Shown: positions 23,972 through 35,509, counted from the first letter of the whole stretch. The stretch is DNA of 63,855 nucleotides, filler included, from Piptocephalis cylindrospora (GCA_003614145.1; 4 parts of 4 records of this genome joined end to end with filler, not necessarily neighbours in it), one strand, 5' to 3'. The notes: generated from the letters alone by a model not told the origin. Translations and numbers: made by a program.

Positions 23972-25399
23972 TTAAGCTCCCACCCGGGCCTTGGCAATGT
24001 AGGAGGCGACGGTGGAATCATCGGCCTCGGCGATCATGGCTCCAAGGGTCCATCCAGCATCCACACCATCAATGTCATCCCGAAGGATGATGGACTTATC
24101 CATGGGAAGGTGGTAGCCCTTGGTAAGGAGAGAGACCACGTAAGTACCACTGAGACACATTTCCTTCAGATGCTCAGCCACAGGTCCTCCAGCCTTGGGA
24201 TGAGATCCGCCCGGACCCCAAATGGAATAGGCGTCCTTCCAGGAAAGCTGAGAGCACTGCTTCTGCACACCATCCAGGATACATTTGGGGGTGGAGCCCT
24301 CCCGTTGGTTGCAGCCAAAGAAGGCCGCGGTGTGGGCATAATTGGACACAGCATGGATTTCCATGGTATCCGGGACTTCAGGTTGGTAGACACCCGCAAC
24401 AGCGCAGGGAGGTTGAGTGCAAAATGCGTCCAGTTGAAGGAGAGACTCTACGCGCTGCTGACAGGCCAGGGGCTCGCCCGTCCCGATCAGCCGGACGGGC
24501 TCACCCTGACTTCCCTGGACACCCACCACAGAGTTTTTCCAGTTGCATGGATCCTCGATAGCCACAATTTCCTGATTGGCACCCGGGGGCTCGGGGGAGT
24601 AGTCACCCGAGTGGATTAGGCTTTGCTGGTACCGTTTTCGGATCTCATTTGCACCGTATCGGAGGTAAGAGTGAGTGTAAAGGAGGTGACGAGTGCCGTT
24701 GGCGTGCAGAGGATAGGAGGCCGCAAGGGGGGTGGAGGGGGGCTCAAAGGTGATTTGGGTGGAGCCTCCTCCAAGGTCGAGGGAAGCAATGGTGGTGGTA
24801 TTGGGGTGAAGCTGACGGCGGAGGTAATTCAGGGTGAGCCACCCATACACACCCTCCTGTTCCCCAGAGATAATCTGGGCCCCGAACTTGGGGTCCACCC
24901 GGAGGGGAGATTGGGCAAGGCTCTTCTGGACTGCGGAGGTAATGGCCAAGGCCTGGTCCGAGGGCAAGAGCCGCATTCCAGCGGTGGCTTTCCAATAGAT
25001 AGGAGTATCACTCAGGGCTTCCTTGGGAATGATCTGGGTGGCATTGCCGATAAGGGTATCCATATAGGCCGGAACCTGCTCAGGTCTCAGAGCGGAGATG
25101 CCTGGGGTGATTTTATGCGCAAAGGGCTTGCCTTTGGTCGTGAGGACCGGTTCAATTTGGATACGATGCTGATCTGCCGAGGAACGAAGCCATTTGTAAG
25201 CATGAATGCGAGACCCAGAGGAACCAGCGTCAATCATGAGCCCGTAAGCGGTATCTTGAGGGGCCCATGTAGAGGGATCAAAGTGGGGAGTATAGTGCTT
25301 GGGAGTAGGGAGGGCCAAAGTGACCGAGGGAGAGGAGAAGAGAAGGAGGAGGCCAAGGGCGGTGGCTGGGGCCACTACGGTATAAATCGAGAGAGACAT
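23972..25399 (-). CDS. Secreted GDA1/CD39-family apyrase (NTPDase), copy 2, intact
   Basis: Hydrophobic N-terminus ending TLA. DAGSSGSR, ATAGMRLL, ISGEQEGVYGW, LDLGGGSTQ and WTLGA are all canonical. No C-terminal TM helix. Intronless. Confidence 0.93.
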   Translation of the reverse strand: MSLSIYTVVAPATALGLLLLFSSPSVTLALPTPKHYTPHFDPSTWAPQDTAYGLMIDAGSSGSRIHAYKWLRSSADQHRIQIEPVLTTKGKPFAHKITPGISALRPEQVPAYMDTLIGNATQIIPKEALSDTPIYWKATAGMRLLPSDQALAITSAVQKSLAQSPLRVDPKFGAQIISGEQEGVYGWLTLNYLRRQLHPNTTTIASLDLGGGSTQITFEPPSTPLAASYPLHANGTRHLLYTHSYLRYGANEIRKRYQQSLIHSGDYSPEPPGANQEIVAIEDPCNWKNSVVGVQGSQGEPVRLIGTGEPLACQQRVESLLQLDAFCTQPPCAVAGVYQPEVPDTMEIHAVSNYAHTAAFFGCNQREGSTPKCILDGVQKQCSQLSWKDAYSIWGPGGSHPKAGGPVAEHLKEMCLSGTYVVSLLTKGYHLPMDKSIILRDDIDGVDAGWTLGAMIAEADDSTVASYIAKARVGA

Positions 25400-26740
25400 G
25401 GGGAAGGAGAGAGGGAAGAGAGACGATGTGTGAGAGAGGGAAAAAAAAAACCCGTGAGGAGGTGGGAAGAAGGCTGGTTTTCAAGAAAGGAGCGTCAGGT
25501 CGTAGGATGGGGTTTTGGGAACGAAGGTGAGTGATGAGAAGGGTGATAATGAGTCAAAGCGAGTGTAGGAGCGATGCAAAAGGTTCACGCACGTAGGACT
25601 AGTAGAGTTGGAGAGGGAGGAGAATGGTGCAGGAGTATAGGATCCGTCAGGCTGACCCAAGGATTTCTTTTATACCAGGAGACTCTCAAACGCAACCAGA
25701 GATGTGGTGGGGCGCGATAGTGAGATGTGCTAGGTTATGAAGAACTCCGACAGGAAAACTCCGGGGAATTCTACTGGGAAAATCGATCTTGTTTTTTTTT
25801 TTCGGATTTTAAGATGACTGGATTTGGGAAGGGCAATAACAGGAGATAATAGTTCATTGATACTTTTTATCTGATGCTACGTCGTCAAGACTAAAGTATT
25901 GTACCTTTTGTATCCTTTTCTTGTACCTTTTTGTTATGGCATTATATCCCCTGGACTCTCCATTGCTTTTAGTTCCAGGTAAGACCAGAAGGCTTGGCCA
26001 ATTGCATCATCAGCAGTTACGATGCAGGAACAAAGTGTTGTAAATCCACACAGAGCACTTGAGTGCAGAAGTGCTTTTTCCGAGAAAAGCGGCTGCATTG
26101 ATACTGACCAAGGGGTCGATGGTCGACGACTCTTCATCGTGGATCCGCAATTGGCGCAAAACCATGCACACTGTATGCTATCCTAAAGGCAACCTAAAAC
26201 AAACCTTGCCTTCATTTTCACCACTCTGCCTCGTCCTCCAGAAATTCCCAGATGGACTTTGGCAAATAGGCCAGGACTGCAGCGACAGTGAGGATATACC
26301 GAATTAGGCTTGGCGCGGACTCTTCTACCACGTGGCGCAAATCGATGGCTTGGGAGGATAAACTGTTGCACTGCTCTTTTGATAGCCCAGATCATGCACT
26401 AACCTACCTGTAATTTCCCTAGCGTCTAGGACCAGCCTGTCTCTTGGGGCCAATTTTTCCCTCATAGAGTTTGCCTTACTCGTTGAATGGGAAATACCTA
26501 TAAATCACTCGGCTTGTATTCCCTTCCCTCTCCGTGCCATACTGCCATTCCCTCTCTCTCCACATTCACCACCATCCGCTTCCACTTTTCCCCTCTTCTT
26601 CAACCTGTCAGGTCCCACATACACTCTAGGAGTTTTGGGGGTTAACGCTCACCTTACGTACACACACGAGATAACTTTACCGAAAAGAATCTCTCGCCAA
26701 TTCCTCAACCATCACACTCACGCCTTTATCGCCATTTACC

Positions 26741-28009
26741 ATGCATTTCTCCAACGGTCTGATATCTACTCTACTCCTCGTTTCCTTATTGAATGTGTCC
26801 ACTGTTGTGAATAGTCCTTCCAATACTTATCAAATTGGAGAGCTTCAGGGACGAGAGGATCGGATAGGACCGCAATCGACCTCTCACGATATCGCCCGTG
26901 TACTAGTTGTCGATAGATCTGGTGCTCGCAACAATCGTTTCGCCCCATATCGCCGTCTCCCTTCCCCCTATGAACAACATGCCGCTAGTACCACTTCCTC
27001 CCTCCATCACCACTCACATTCCAGGGATCAAAGGTCGGCATCCCCGAGGGTCTCTGATTTATCTGCTACTCCCTCTGAGAAGGAGTTCATGAAGGGACTA
27101 AATAAGCACAAGCAAATATCGGCCGAAGAAACTGCTTCTTTTTCGAAGGCCTGCGATAACATTCAGTCTTTACTAAAAAAAGACCTTCAACACATTACAA
27201 CTAATGACCTTCAGAGAATTGCAAATTCTGACGAGTCAAAACTGGACTATTATGGCCTACCGCGCCTATCTGGGGTATTTATGGGCTTGGAACTGCTCAA
27301 CAATTACTTGCCGCAAGTAGGGAACGAGAAACCTCGTCTTAGCAACTATTACTTATTACTTGGCATAATGAGGAGTATCCCGTACAGTTTGCACGGTCTG
27401 ATCGAGGAAGAGCGCCAGAACCCGGCTAATTCGAGAAATAAGGTCTCAAACTCGTCTCCGTATAATTCTCAGGAAAGAGATAGACAGATAGTGCGCTTTG
27501 ATGAATTACTCGTTCAAACAAAGAATCCCGGTATAATAACCATCCCCATGGCCCTCCTGGAGCCTAGAAAGATGCATAAACTCAGTATCGTCGACAGGGC
27601 TATTGTACACCTTCACGTGTTCTTGAGGATGAAGCATTTCCTGGATGCCGTGTTCAAAGAGCCTCGTGCTGGTGGCCCCAGTAATAAGAAGATGAAGAAG
27701 GAGGAGGAGGAAATGGAAGAGACCCTTCTGTTGTTCATCGATCAAGAAATCCCTGAAGCGTTTATCCCGATTAGGATGGCCGGAAGAGCTATCTCGGAGT
27801 ATCGCAGGCGGAAGTATAAGTTCTCTGGTATTCCTGAACCAACTCAGCGCAGGATAAAGAATGAATTGATCCTGGGAAGCGATAATCTTACTGAAGCCAT
27901 TCGTGGGGAATGTAAGGAGGTAATCGCTGCAATCAAGAATGTTAAAGAGAAAGTGTCTAAGAAGTTAAAGGATCTAAAAAAATTGGAGAAGGAAAAAGCG
28001 GCGAAATAA
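26741..28009 (+). CDS. Unknown secreted protein family, paralogue 1 (422 aa)
   Basis: Long intronless ORF with a signal-peptide-like start MHFSNGLISTLLLVSLL. Shares motifs with the two downstream ORFs. Confidence 0.8.
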   Translation: MHFSNGLISTLLLVSLLNVSTVVNSPSNTYQIGELQGREDRIGPQSTSHDIARVLVVDRSGARNNRFAPYRRLPSPYEQHAASTTSSLHHHSHSRDQRSASPRVSDLSATPSEKEFMKGLNKHKQISAEETASFSKACDNIQSLLKKDLQHITTNDLQRIANSDESKLDYYGLPRLSGVFMGLELLNNYLPQVGNEKPRLSNYYLLLGIMRSIPYSLHGLIEEERQNPANSRNKVSNSSPYNSQERDRQIVRFDELLVQTKNPGIITIPMALLEPRKMHKLSIVDRAIVHLHVFLRMKHFLDAVFKEPRAGGPSNKKMKKEEEEMEETLLLFIDQEIPEAFIPIRMAGRAISEYRRRKYKFSGIPEPTQRRIKNELILGSDNLTEAIRGECKEVIAAIKNVKEKVSKKLKDLKKLEKEKAAK

Positions 28010-28833
28010 AGGCTGATGCAAGGCTAGTGACGATAACGATAAATCCGCTTTATACTTCCTCAATGGCACCAAGTGAATATGTCATGTAATAATAGGTCGA
28101 GGCAATCGATCGATCATGTGTTTCAAGGCAGGGAGTGCATCAGTAGCGCGAAGGGCTCGCTCTTAATCATCCAATGTGCCTCTGAACTGAGCTATGAAAA
28201 AAGGATGCTTGTCCCTTATTCCCTTGGTCTAGGAGCATTAGTCTTGAGATGATGTCACACTTCTTTTTCCTCCTCTATCAAAGACTAGGACCGTTTTTTG
28301 CGCTCAGAGACTAGACAAGGCAATTTTTTTGAACGCCCCTGAATGGCTTTAATGTATAGGGCTCGGGTCATCAAGGGACTGGATGTAGCCATTAACCTAA
28401 TGGCACTTCGACCATGCATGCTCCTATCCATCTTCTCTATGGCTGCGATGCCCCATTTGTAGAATCCCAGTCGTATGTGTGTACATTCTCTTTGTGTTTT
28501 CTGCTAATCTTTGCTGGATCTCCCCAAAAAATGTACTCTCAACTCCGATCTGCACGTTCCCCCCAAAAGCGTCACTCTCCATCAGGCCATGCTTTCCCCA
28601 GTACGCATCTTGGTTTGCATAAACTAGGCGAGATACCCCACACTCCTTTCACCTTCCCTGTCCATATCCATTCCTCGCTCTCCATCCTTTCCAAATTAGC
28701 AACTCCTTCCGATTTCGTTGACAAGCTCAGAGTAACGCCTCATACCTTTACGATTTTACCTTCAACCGCTCCCCCTTCCCCCTCTCCCCTCTCTTCCTAT
28801 ATCCCGCTCGCAAAGTACCCCTATCATAGTACA

Positions 28834-30042
28834 ATGTATCTTCCCGCCCACTTACTCTCCACTATACTTGTTGCCTCGGTGTTGGTCCAGATCAGGGTTC
28901 TTGGCGCTCCCTCCAGTGGGAATCATGATCGGCTCAGCCCCGAGTTGCTCAAGGATGGGCGCCTGGACGGACAAGAAACCTCGGCCAAGTCCCACACTTC
29001 CTCCTTTTTACGTGCATCCCAGTATAGCTTCAATTCCGGACGTCACCTTTCTCGTAGTAAAAAGCCGAGTCATGAAAGTCTTGCCCACTCCGATGCCCTA
29101 GATGTTCAGCATTCAAGCCATAAAAACCGGCCCCGCACGGCCTCCGGTGTGTCCTCTCTTGCCCCTTCTGAATCTATAACGGCGGGCGGCTTGCGGAAAA
29201 AGCGGAAAGAGGGATATCCACATGCGGATGCCCTGGAAGATTCCCATGGTATTATCCCGGCCCTACTGACATCCGGTTTCCGACATCTCGATAGATCAGC
29301 GACGAAAGTTACCGTCTCCAAGTGGCAAGAGCATATGAGCGGTATCATCGAGGGAATGGAAGTATATATCAAGCGTGATGAAGAATCTGGCTATTGTTAT
29401 TTGGAAGATCCCGAGAGTTTGCTCCTACTGCTGCGACACCTTCCACCGAACTTCCACGACTTGGTCAAACCAGTCTCGGGGAACAGTATGGATATTGAGC
29501 TTCCAGCCTCGCCCGGTGATGATCGACCCAAAAGCCGGTCTTTCGACATGCTCCTCCTGCGCAATCGACTCGCGAATACAGAATCCGTCGATGCTGCGGA
29601 CATTGTTAAGCCACTTCTAGATGCTAAAAATATGCGTAAGCTCCAGGCTGATGACCGAGCCATTGTTCGTTTGCATGCTTACTTGAAGATGTGGAGTTTT
29701 CTTAATACTCTGTCCTATGCGATCCAATTGAGATATATCGATCTTAAAGGACTAAGCTTTCTTCGGCGTGTGCTCCTCCCGTTGGCACCTGTCAAGGTCT
29801 CCAAGGAATTTATTGGACTTAGGAAAGCCGCGCTCTTCGTCTCCGCCAAAATATCAACCATTGAATTCTTTACCCAGAAAGGAACCCCCTCGCTCGCAGT
29901 AAAGACAGTCTTGGAGAAAGTGGAGGAGGCCCTGAATCAAGGAATGGACGATCTTTCCGTAGCCATTTTTCAGGATATCCAAGAGGTAATTAAGAACGTC
30001 GAGAAGGTCCAGGGGCAGGTCAGCCAGAAGATGAAAATGTGA
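28834..30042 (+). CDS. Unknown secreted protein family, paralogue 2 (402 aa)
   Basis: Likely true start is MYLPAHLLSTILVASVLVQIRVLG|AP at 28834, which aligns with the paralogue N-termini. The upstream in-frame extension is pyrimidine-rich leader. Confidence 0.8.
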   Translation: MYLPAHLLSTILVASVLVQIRVLGAPSSGNHDRLSPELLKDGRLDGQETSAKSHTSSFLRASQYSFNSGRHLSRSKKPSHESLAHSDALDVQHSSHKNRPRTASGVSSLAPSESITAGGLRKKRKEGYPHADALEDSHGIIPALLTSGFRHLDRSATKVTVSKWQEHMSGIIEGMEVYIKRDEESGYCYLEDPESLLLLLRHLPPNFHDLVKPVSGNSMDIELPASPGDDRPKSRSFDMLLLRNRLANTESVDAADIVKPLLDAKNMRKLQADDRAIVRLHAYLKMWSFLNTLSYAIQLRYIDLKGLSFLRRVLLPLAPVKVSKEFIGLRKAALFVSAKISTIEFFTQKGTPSLAVKTVLEKVEEALNQGMDDLSVAIFQDIQEVIKNVEKVQGQVSQKMKM

Positions 30043-30754
30043 TGGATAGAGGAGGACATAACGAATTGATGCTTTCTTCACACATGCATGACTAAAATAT
30101 TGGAGTGGGTGAAAGTAATGTTGTGGCTGAAAAATAAATTTGCTTATGATTATATCCCTTCTTTAGGAACTTTGTGCCATGAACCATTAGCTCTAATTTG
30201 ACTTTAACGACGTCCCCAAGAGCCGCCAGGACATAAATTTCCCCTCATCCTCCCTCCTCATAGCCAACCAACCACTCCAGTTTGGCACTGACTGAATGGT
30301 TGATGAGCTGTGCTTGAAACCCAGAGACCTGTGCTGAGTTGGCAAGCAGAAAATGTGTTCACCTCTTCTCAAGTGACACACGTGCGCTAAGAGATCCGGG
30401 TCCCCCGTGCTCTGCCAAGTCCGTAAGCATCTCCGCCGCCTTGCACTGCCCAGCTATTTTGATATGGCCCCTGACTCAATTGCCAACACCAACCATTTTC
30501 TCATAGCAGCGCCATTTCCGAGGTCTTTGCTCTGTTATCTATATATTGAGTGTCGTGCATTCACCCTCTTCACCCTCAGCCCATCCCATCCTTCACCTTT
30601 CCCTCTCCACCACCGCTACCAGATTTACAGATTGAACTCGCCCTCGTCGAATTAACGTACTTTTACGCCTACACTGATTATTTGATCACTTTCAGAAACT
30701 CCATCACCCTCTTTACTCCTTTACCGTTCACGAACTACCTTTTATCTACCTGAG

Positions 30755-32524
30755 ATGCATCTTTCCGCTGGCCTTCTTTCCACCCTACTTCTCGCCTCTT
30801 TTTTGATGACGTCCCCCGCCCTGGGCGCTCCTTCTGGTTCTCCCCCGGATGGTCCGTCTAAAAGTGGCAGTCCGGGCTATTTCATGAAGATGTCAATTGA
30901 CGATGACCCGGCCACGTTGGAACGACAAAGAGAGTTCCGTGCTAGGCACCGTCCACCCACTCCTGTCAATGATGAGGAGAAAAGAGAAATTACGGACTCG
31001 CATATGGCATCCGATCCTCTTTGGCATCCACCTACCATTTTCCCTAAAGATTCCAGTCGATCTCCCACTATACATAAGTCTTCTGATCCATTTCTCTTGA
31101 ACCTTCCCAAGTTAAAGCCATCTCCCACTACACACAAGGCTTCTGATAGATCTCCCTTGAACTTTCCCAGGTTAGAGCCATCTCCCTCGACCTCGAAGGC
31201 TCAAGTGGATCATCATTATATTACTCATCACTCTTTCTCTCAAGAAAACCATGGATCCTCTAGCCGCCGGAGGAGTGATGCACCCTTTCATTACATTTCT
31301 CCCCAAGGGGGCCATAGGACCCCTAACCGTCGCAATAGTGATGTTTCCCTTCGTTCTACTTCCCCGGATGCCTATGATCTCGGCCTCTCCTCGATTGCCC
31401 CCTCGGAAGTGATGTCGGTAAGGGGACAACGCCATAACCGAAACGGTCCGTCGATGGACGTGAATGTCTTTGACGACTCCCGCAACATTATCCATACTCT
31501 GCTAACCGAGGGGATTTCAGGACTCCCTAGCAAGGAGACTTCCATAAACGAGGTCCGTCGTTGGCAAATCAAACTGAATCATCAGATCGAACTTCTAGAG
31601 AAGTGCCGCAAGGATATCGAGAAGGATAGCAACAAGCTTAGTCTGTCGTTGAAGGATGCTGAGGACTTACTTCTATTGATGCGGACGCTTCCGCATTCTT
31701 TCCACAGTTTAATCCAGGGCAACCCCATCATTGTGGCTGATGACAATCAGAAACCTGCAGAAATTTCCGATACTGCCCGTCTGCAAGAGCCGCCCAAAGA
31801 GATGGTATTCCTGCGTCAGAAGCTAGAGTTTATGGAACTCATGCGCCGGGAGCTCAAGGAGATCACATCCCAGTGTGAGAAACTCAAGAAGGAGTCACTC
31901 CGGCATCAGCAGCTCGGGGGTATGGAGAATCTGCAACTCAAGGTGAAATACCTGCGCGAGCAACTCAAGAAGGAAAAGCCGATACACCACAAGTTTATGA
32001 AAAAGCTCCTCAGCGCCGATGTAATGGGTCAGCTCATGGCTAATGAGCGTGCTACAGTGCGGCTCTATGTGTATGTGGAGATTAGGCGCCTCCTTGAGAC
32101 CACAGCTTCGCATCACTTTTCCCACATTGAGGATATGATGTACATCAAATCGGCTCTTAAATTCATAGCGGAAGAAAAAAATTCCAAGGAATTTGACTAT
32201 TTCAAGAAGGCTAATGAAGAAGTCAAGCGCCTCCCAGCTATCTCTCACTCCTTCCAATTGAACAAGGGGAAGGAAGCTACAGGAAGGGATCTTCTTTTGG
32301 GCCCGAAATCCACCAATTCCCCCAAACCGCAAGAGGACAAGGATGGGGTCAAGAAGGCCTTGGAAATAATAGCGACGGAGCTGTCGCTAGGGTTGGACGA
32401 TCTGGCCAGGTGCATCCATAAGGATATCGTTGAGGTGATTAAAAACGCCAAGGCGATTCGCGAAAATGTAGCTCAAGCGATCAAGCCTCCCAAGGAAAAA
32501 TCGAGATTCCGGTGGAGGGGGTGA
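30755..32524 (+). CDS. Unknown secreted protein family, paralogue 3 (589 aa)
   Basis: MHLSAGLLSTLLLASFLMTSPALG|AP signal peptide, the shared helical C-terminal domain and an extra coiled-coil insertion. Confidence 0.82.
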   Translation: MHLSAGLLSTLLLASFLMTSPALGAPSGSPPDGPSKSGSPGYFMKMSIDDDPATLERQREFRARHRPPTPVNDEEKREITDSHMASDPLWHPPTIFPKDSSRSPTIHKSSDPFLLNLPKLKPSPTTHKASDRSPLNFPRLEPSPSTSKAQVDHHYITHHSFSQENHGSSSRRRSDAPFHYISPQGGHRTPNRRNSDVSLRSTSPDAYDLGLSSIAPSEVMSVRGQRHNRNGPSMDVNVFDDSRNIIHTLLTEGISGLPSKETSINEVRRWQIKLNHQIELLEKCRKDIEKDSNKLSLSLKDAEDLLLLMRTLPHSFHSLIQGNPIIVADDNQKPAEISDTARLQEPPKEMVFLRQKLEFMELMRRELKEITSQCEKLKKESLRHQQLGGMENLQLKVKYLREQLKKEKPIHHKFMKKLLSADVMGQLMANERATVRLYVYVEIRRLLETTASHHFSHIEDMMYIKSALKFIAEEKNSKEFDYFKKANEEVKRLPAISHSFQLNKGKEATGRDLLLGPKSTNSPKPQEDKDGVKKALEIIATELSLGLDDLARCIHKDIVEVIKNAKAIRENVAQAIKPPKEKSRFRWRG

Positions 32525-32748
32525 GGGGCGAGAGAGATGATAGACATTCAGGACTCACGAGAGAAGGGTGCGAGGTGTGAAAGAGGCGGAATAGACTGAA
32601 TTGAAGCGATACATTGATCATTTGTAAGAGACAACCATGAGCTGAGCTGAAGGAACGATGGATGACAGATGGAGAGACGTAAAGGGTGAGGAAAGGGGAT
32701 AAGAGCAGAACATGTCCAAACAGAAAGCAACCATTCGGGGAATCGGTA

Positions 32749-34801
32749 TCACACAATCAACTCATATCCATCATGGTAGAGCCAACCAGCCCGGTTGAAA
32801 ACGGTGGTAAGGGCGGCCATGGTGAGGGCTATAGCCGCGGTGGACCAGGCCAAGGTATCCATGGCCAGAGAGGAGATGAGGGAGAGGAGGTAAGGGAGCA
32901 AGGGGCCTAGGATAAGACCAGCCAAGGACCACATGACTAACCATTCACCCAGACGAGAACCTTCCCATTCGGCCCAGGCGCTCCCAAGGTCTTGAGCCCA
33001 TCTCCAGGCCTCATCGGCTCCCGGGGCCACGGAAGTGCCCAGGGCAGCGCCAATAAGGCCTGAACCAATGGCTTGGGAGGTGGATGAAGAGAGGATACGA
33101 AGGAAAGAGGCTGGGGGAAAGAGGAGGAGGGAAGCGGGGATAAGAATACCCAGGAGGCCCAGTCCCACAGATCGTACCACCCAGGCAGCCTCGCCCTCTT
33201 CGTGCAACCTCTTCCTGCCAAGACGCTGAGCCAGCCCCAGAGACATGATCCACCCAGCGCCCAAGGCCATGCCATCCAGTCTTCCTTGGTCCTGATCCGA
33301 GGGTGGAGAAAGGAATCCGATGATCAGAGCTATTTAGGATGGTCAAAGGAAGGGGAATGAGTATAAAGCCATTCTCAAATTACCTTGAAATTCACCTTGC
33401 GCTTACCCGTAAGGATCAGATGAATGGTGAAAAGGGCAAAGGCAGCGCCACGTAACCTCCCATCCCACCACCATCTCCACCAGTCATCACCAAGGGAGGA
33501 GCCTCCACGGAAAGCACTGCCTTCAAGACCACCCCCACCCGAGATGGTGTAGCCAGGAACGGCTTCCCAATACTCTCCCTCATCCTCATCGTCCTCCTCA
33601 TCGTCATCTCCGGCGCTGAGCATGCTTTGCCGGCCACGTCTGTCTTCTCGGATGGAAACTTCTGGGGCCACGGCGCCCCCGACCCCACCACCAGGAAGAA
33701 GGGATGCAGTGGAAGGATGAGGTGGAGAGGTAGCCATACGGGGAAGACGTAGGAGGAGAATAGCGACGAGGGCAAGAAGAGGCATGCTAGAAGAAAGAGG
33801 AAGAAGGGGAAGAAGAGGCGTGCTATCCTGTTCTTCCTGATCACCTTTAAGCCATGTCCTTATCCAAGGTTCGCACGCAAGGAGAAGGATAAGAGACAGG
33901 GATGTGGGGAGGAGAAAGAGAGAAGAATGGGAAAGCCACTGGCCCTTCCAAGCCCTGGTACGCATGAGGATCCTCGAGGCCTGAACCCGGACCCAACCTC
34001 CACCCACACCAGCAAGGGCTCTTGAAAAGTAAGGATGATGTGGATAAAGAAGAGGAGTGGTGATGAGAAGAAGAAGACCCAGGATAATGAATCGCTTTGG
34101 ATGTGGATTTGACCAACCAGAGGTGCAAACGTGGGTGAGCCAGGCGCTTAGAGCTAGATGAGGAGATGTAGAAAATGAGAGGAAGGTGCTCTATTCTAAG
34201 AAAAAGTAAATACATACCATATAAACCTAGCATAATAGCGAGAATATGTAATGTGGAATCAGGGTGATCTGGTAATGGGGTCTGATGAACAAGGGGCAAT
34301 GCAAGCGCCCATGCCCATGATTCACTAGGGGGATGGGGAAGAAAGGATGAGTGTGGTTCATGTGAATGTGGACGCCTTGTACATGGGTTTCCCATTCATG
34401 GTTACTCCATATCGAATTGTCCTCGCATAGACTTGTCCAGTTGAGTCACCGAGGACTTACGCAAATAGGGCGAGAAAGAGGCCGCGTGCCCGCCAGGGCC
34501 GAGAATGCCGTTGTGCCCTACGATACCGTTGACGCAGAGATCGATACCGATGGATGCCCGGAGTTGAGGGCCGGGAATCGTCATGGAGAGGGACATTGGA
34601 CAGATCGTCCATGTCGTCGTCACTATCACCCTCTTCTTCATCCTCCTCTTCCCGGATGACACGTCCTCTCACCATGCCCTGTCGACCACGGGCTGGACGA
34701 CGAGACGTGGGAAAAAAGGCCGAATTACTAGTCAAGGCCCTGTGGGATCCAGTGGAGGAGGTGGAGGAGCCCGAGGAAAAGAGACTGGTTGGCAGGCCCA
34801 T
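32749..34801 (-). CDS. Hypothetical multi-pass membrane protein, multi-exon
   Basis: Successive minus-strand ORFs (34457-34801, 33847-34395, 33375-34007, 32749-33270) with many hydrophobic segments and GTAAG donors near 34459 and 33407. Family not recognised. Confidence 0.55.
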
Positions 34802-34910
34802 AATCCTAGCAGTATGTGAATGAGTGAGTGGGGAGAGTGTGGTACAGTATGGGGCAATGAGAGTTGGGTTGGGTTGGGTTGGGTTGGGTTGGGGAGGGGA
34901 GGGGGGTAAG

Positions 34911-35010
34911 NNNNNNNNNNNNNNNNNNNNNNNNNNNNNNNNNNNNNNNNNNNNTTAATTAATTAANNNNNNNNNNNNNNNNNNNNNNNNNNNNNNNNNN
35001 NNNNNNNNNN
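34911..35010. other. Artificial contig spacer
   Basis: N-run with TTAATTAATTAA. Confidence 0.97.
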
Positions 35011-35509
35011 ATGTCTAATTTCTGGAATGATTTATTTTTCCATTTAAAAGTACTTCAGCTATCCCTGATCGTGTGGTTCTCGCGCTTCCAGTGTACTATA
35101 TTTCATCAAGAATGACTTTCTGCAAGAAGAATAACGAAGAAAAGAATCCATGAGGGTAGAAATACCGGCACACTTTTACGAGGCTGTGTATTTAGATCAA
35201 GCGCTTGCCTTATGAGTATGAATAACATTTCGCTGACTACTACTACTTATGAGTATGAATATTTGGTTAAATACTTGGTTAGTTGAACGCAACTCATCGA
35301 GCACAGTTCTAATAAAGGGTACTTATTGATAGCTCTTTAAGATTCAGATGCTTCAGTAAGTGGCACTCCTATATTTCTTCGTAATGCCCTCCCATTAGTG
35401 TCGCTTAAAAAATATGATCAACCAAACATGAACAATAAACCAAGATACCACCAAGACATTTTATTGGGATATCCAAGGACGATCGGCCACCCTTCTTCCC
35501 TTCTGTGGC

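Noticed and set aside
34864..34893. (TTGGG)6 near a contig end, telomere-like
   Set aside because: Short, followed by non-repeat sequence and lying in the purine-rich leader of a gene. More likely a microsatellite that broke the assembly.
35209..35261. 16-bp direct repeat CTTATGAGTATGAATA with a 21-bp spacer
   Set aside because: Only two copies in AT-rich eukaryotic intergenic DNA. Not a CRISPR array; a local slippage duplication explains it.
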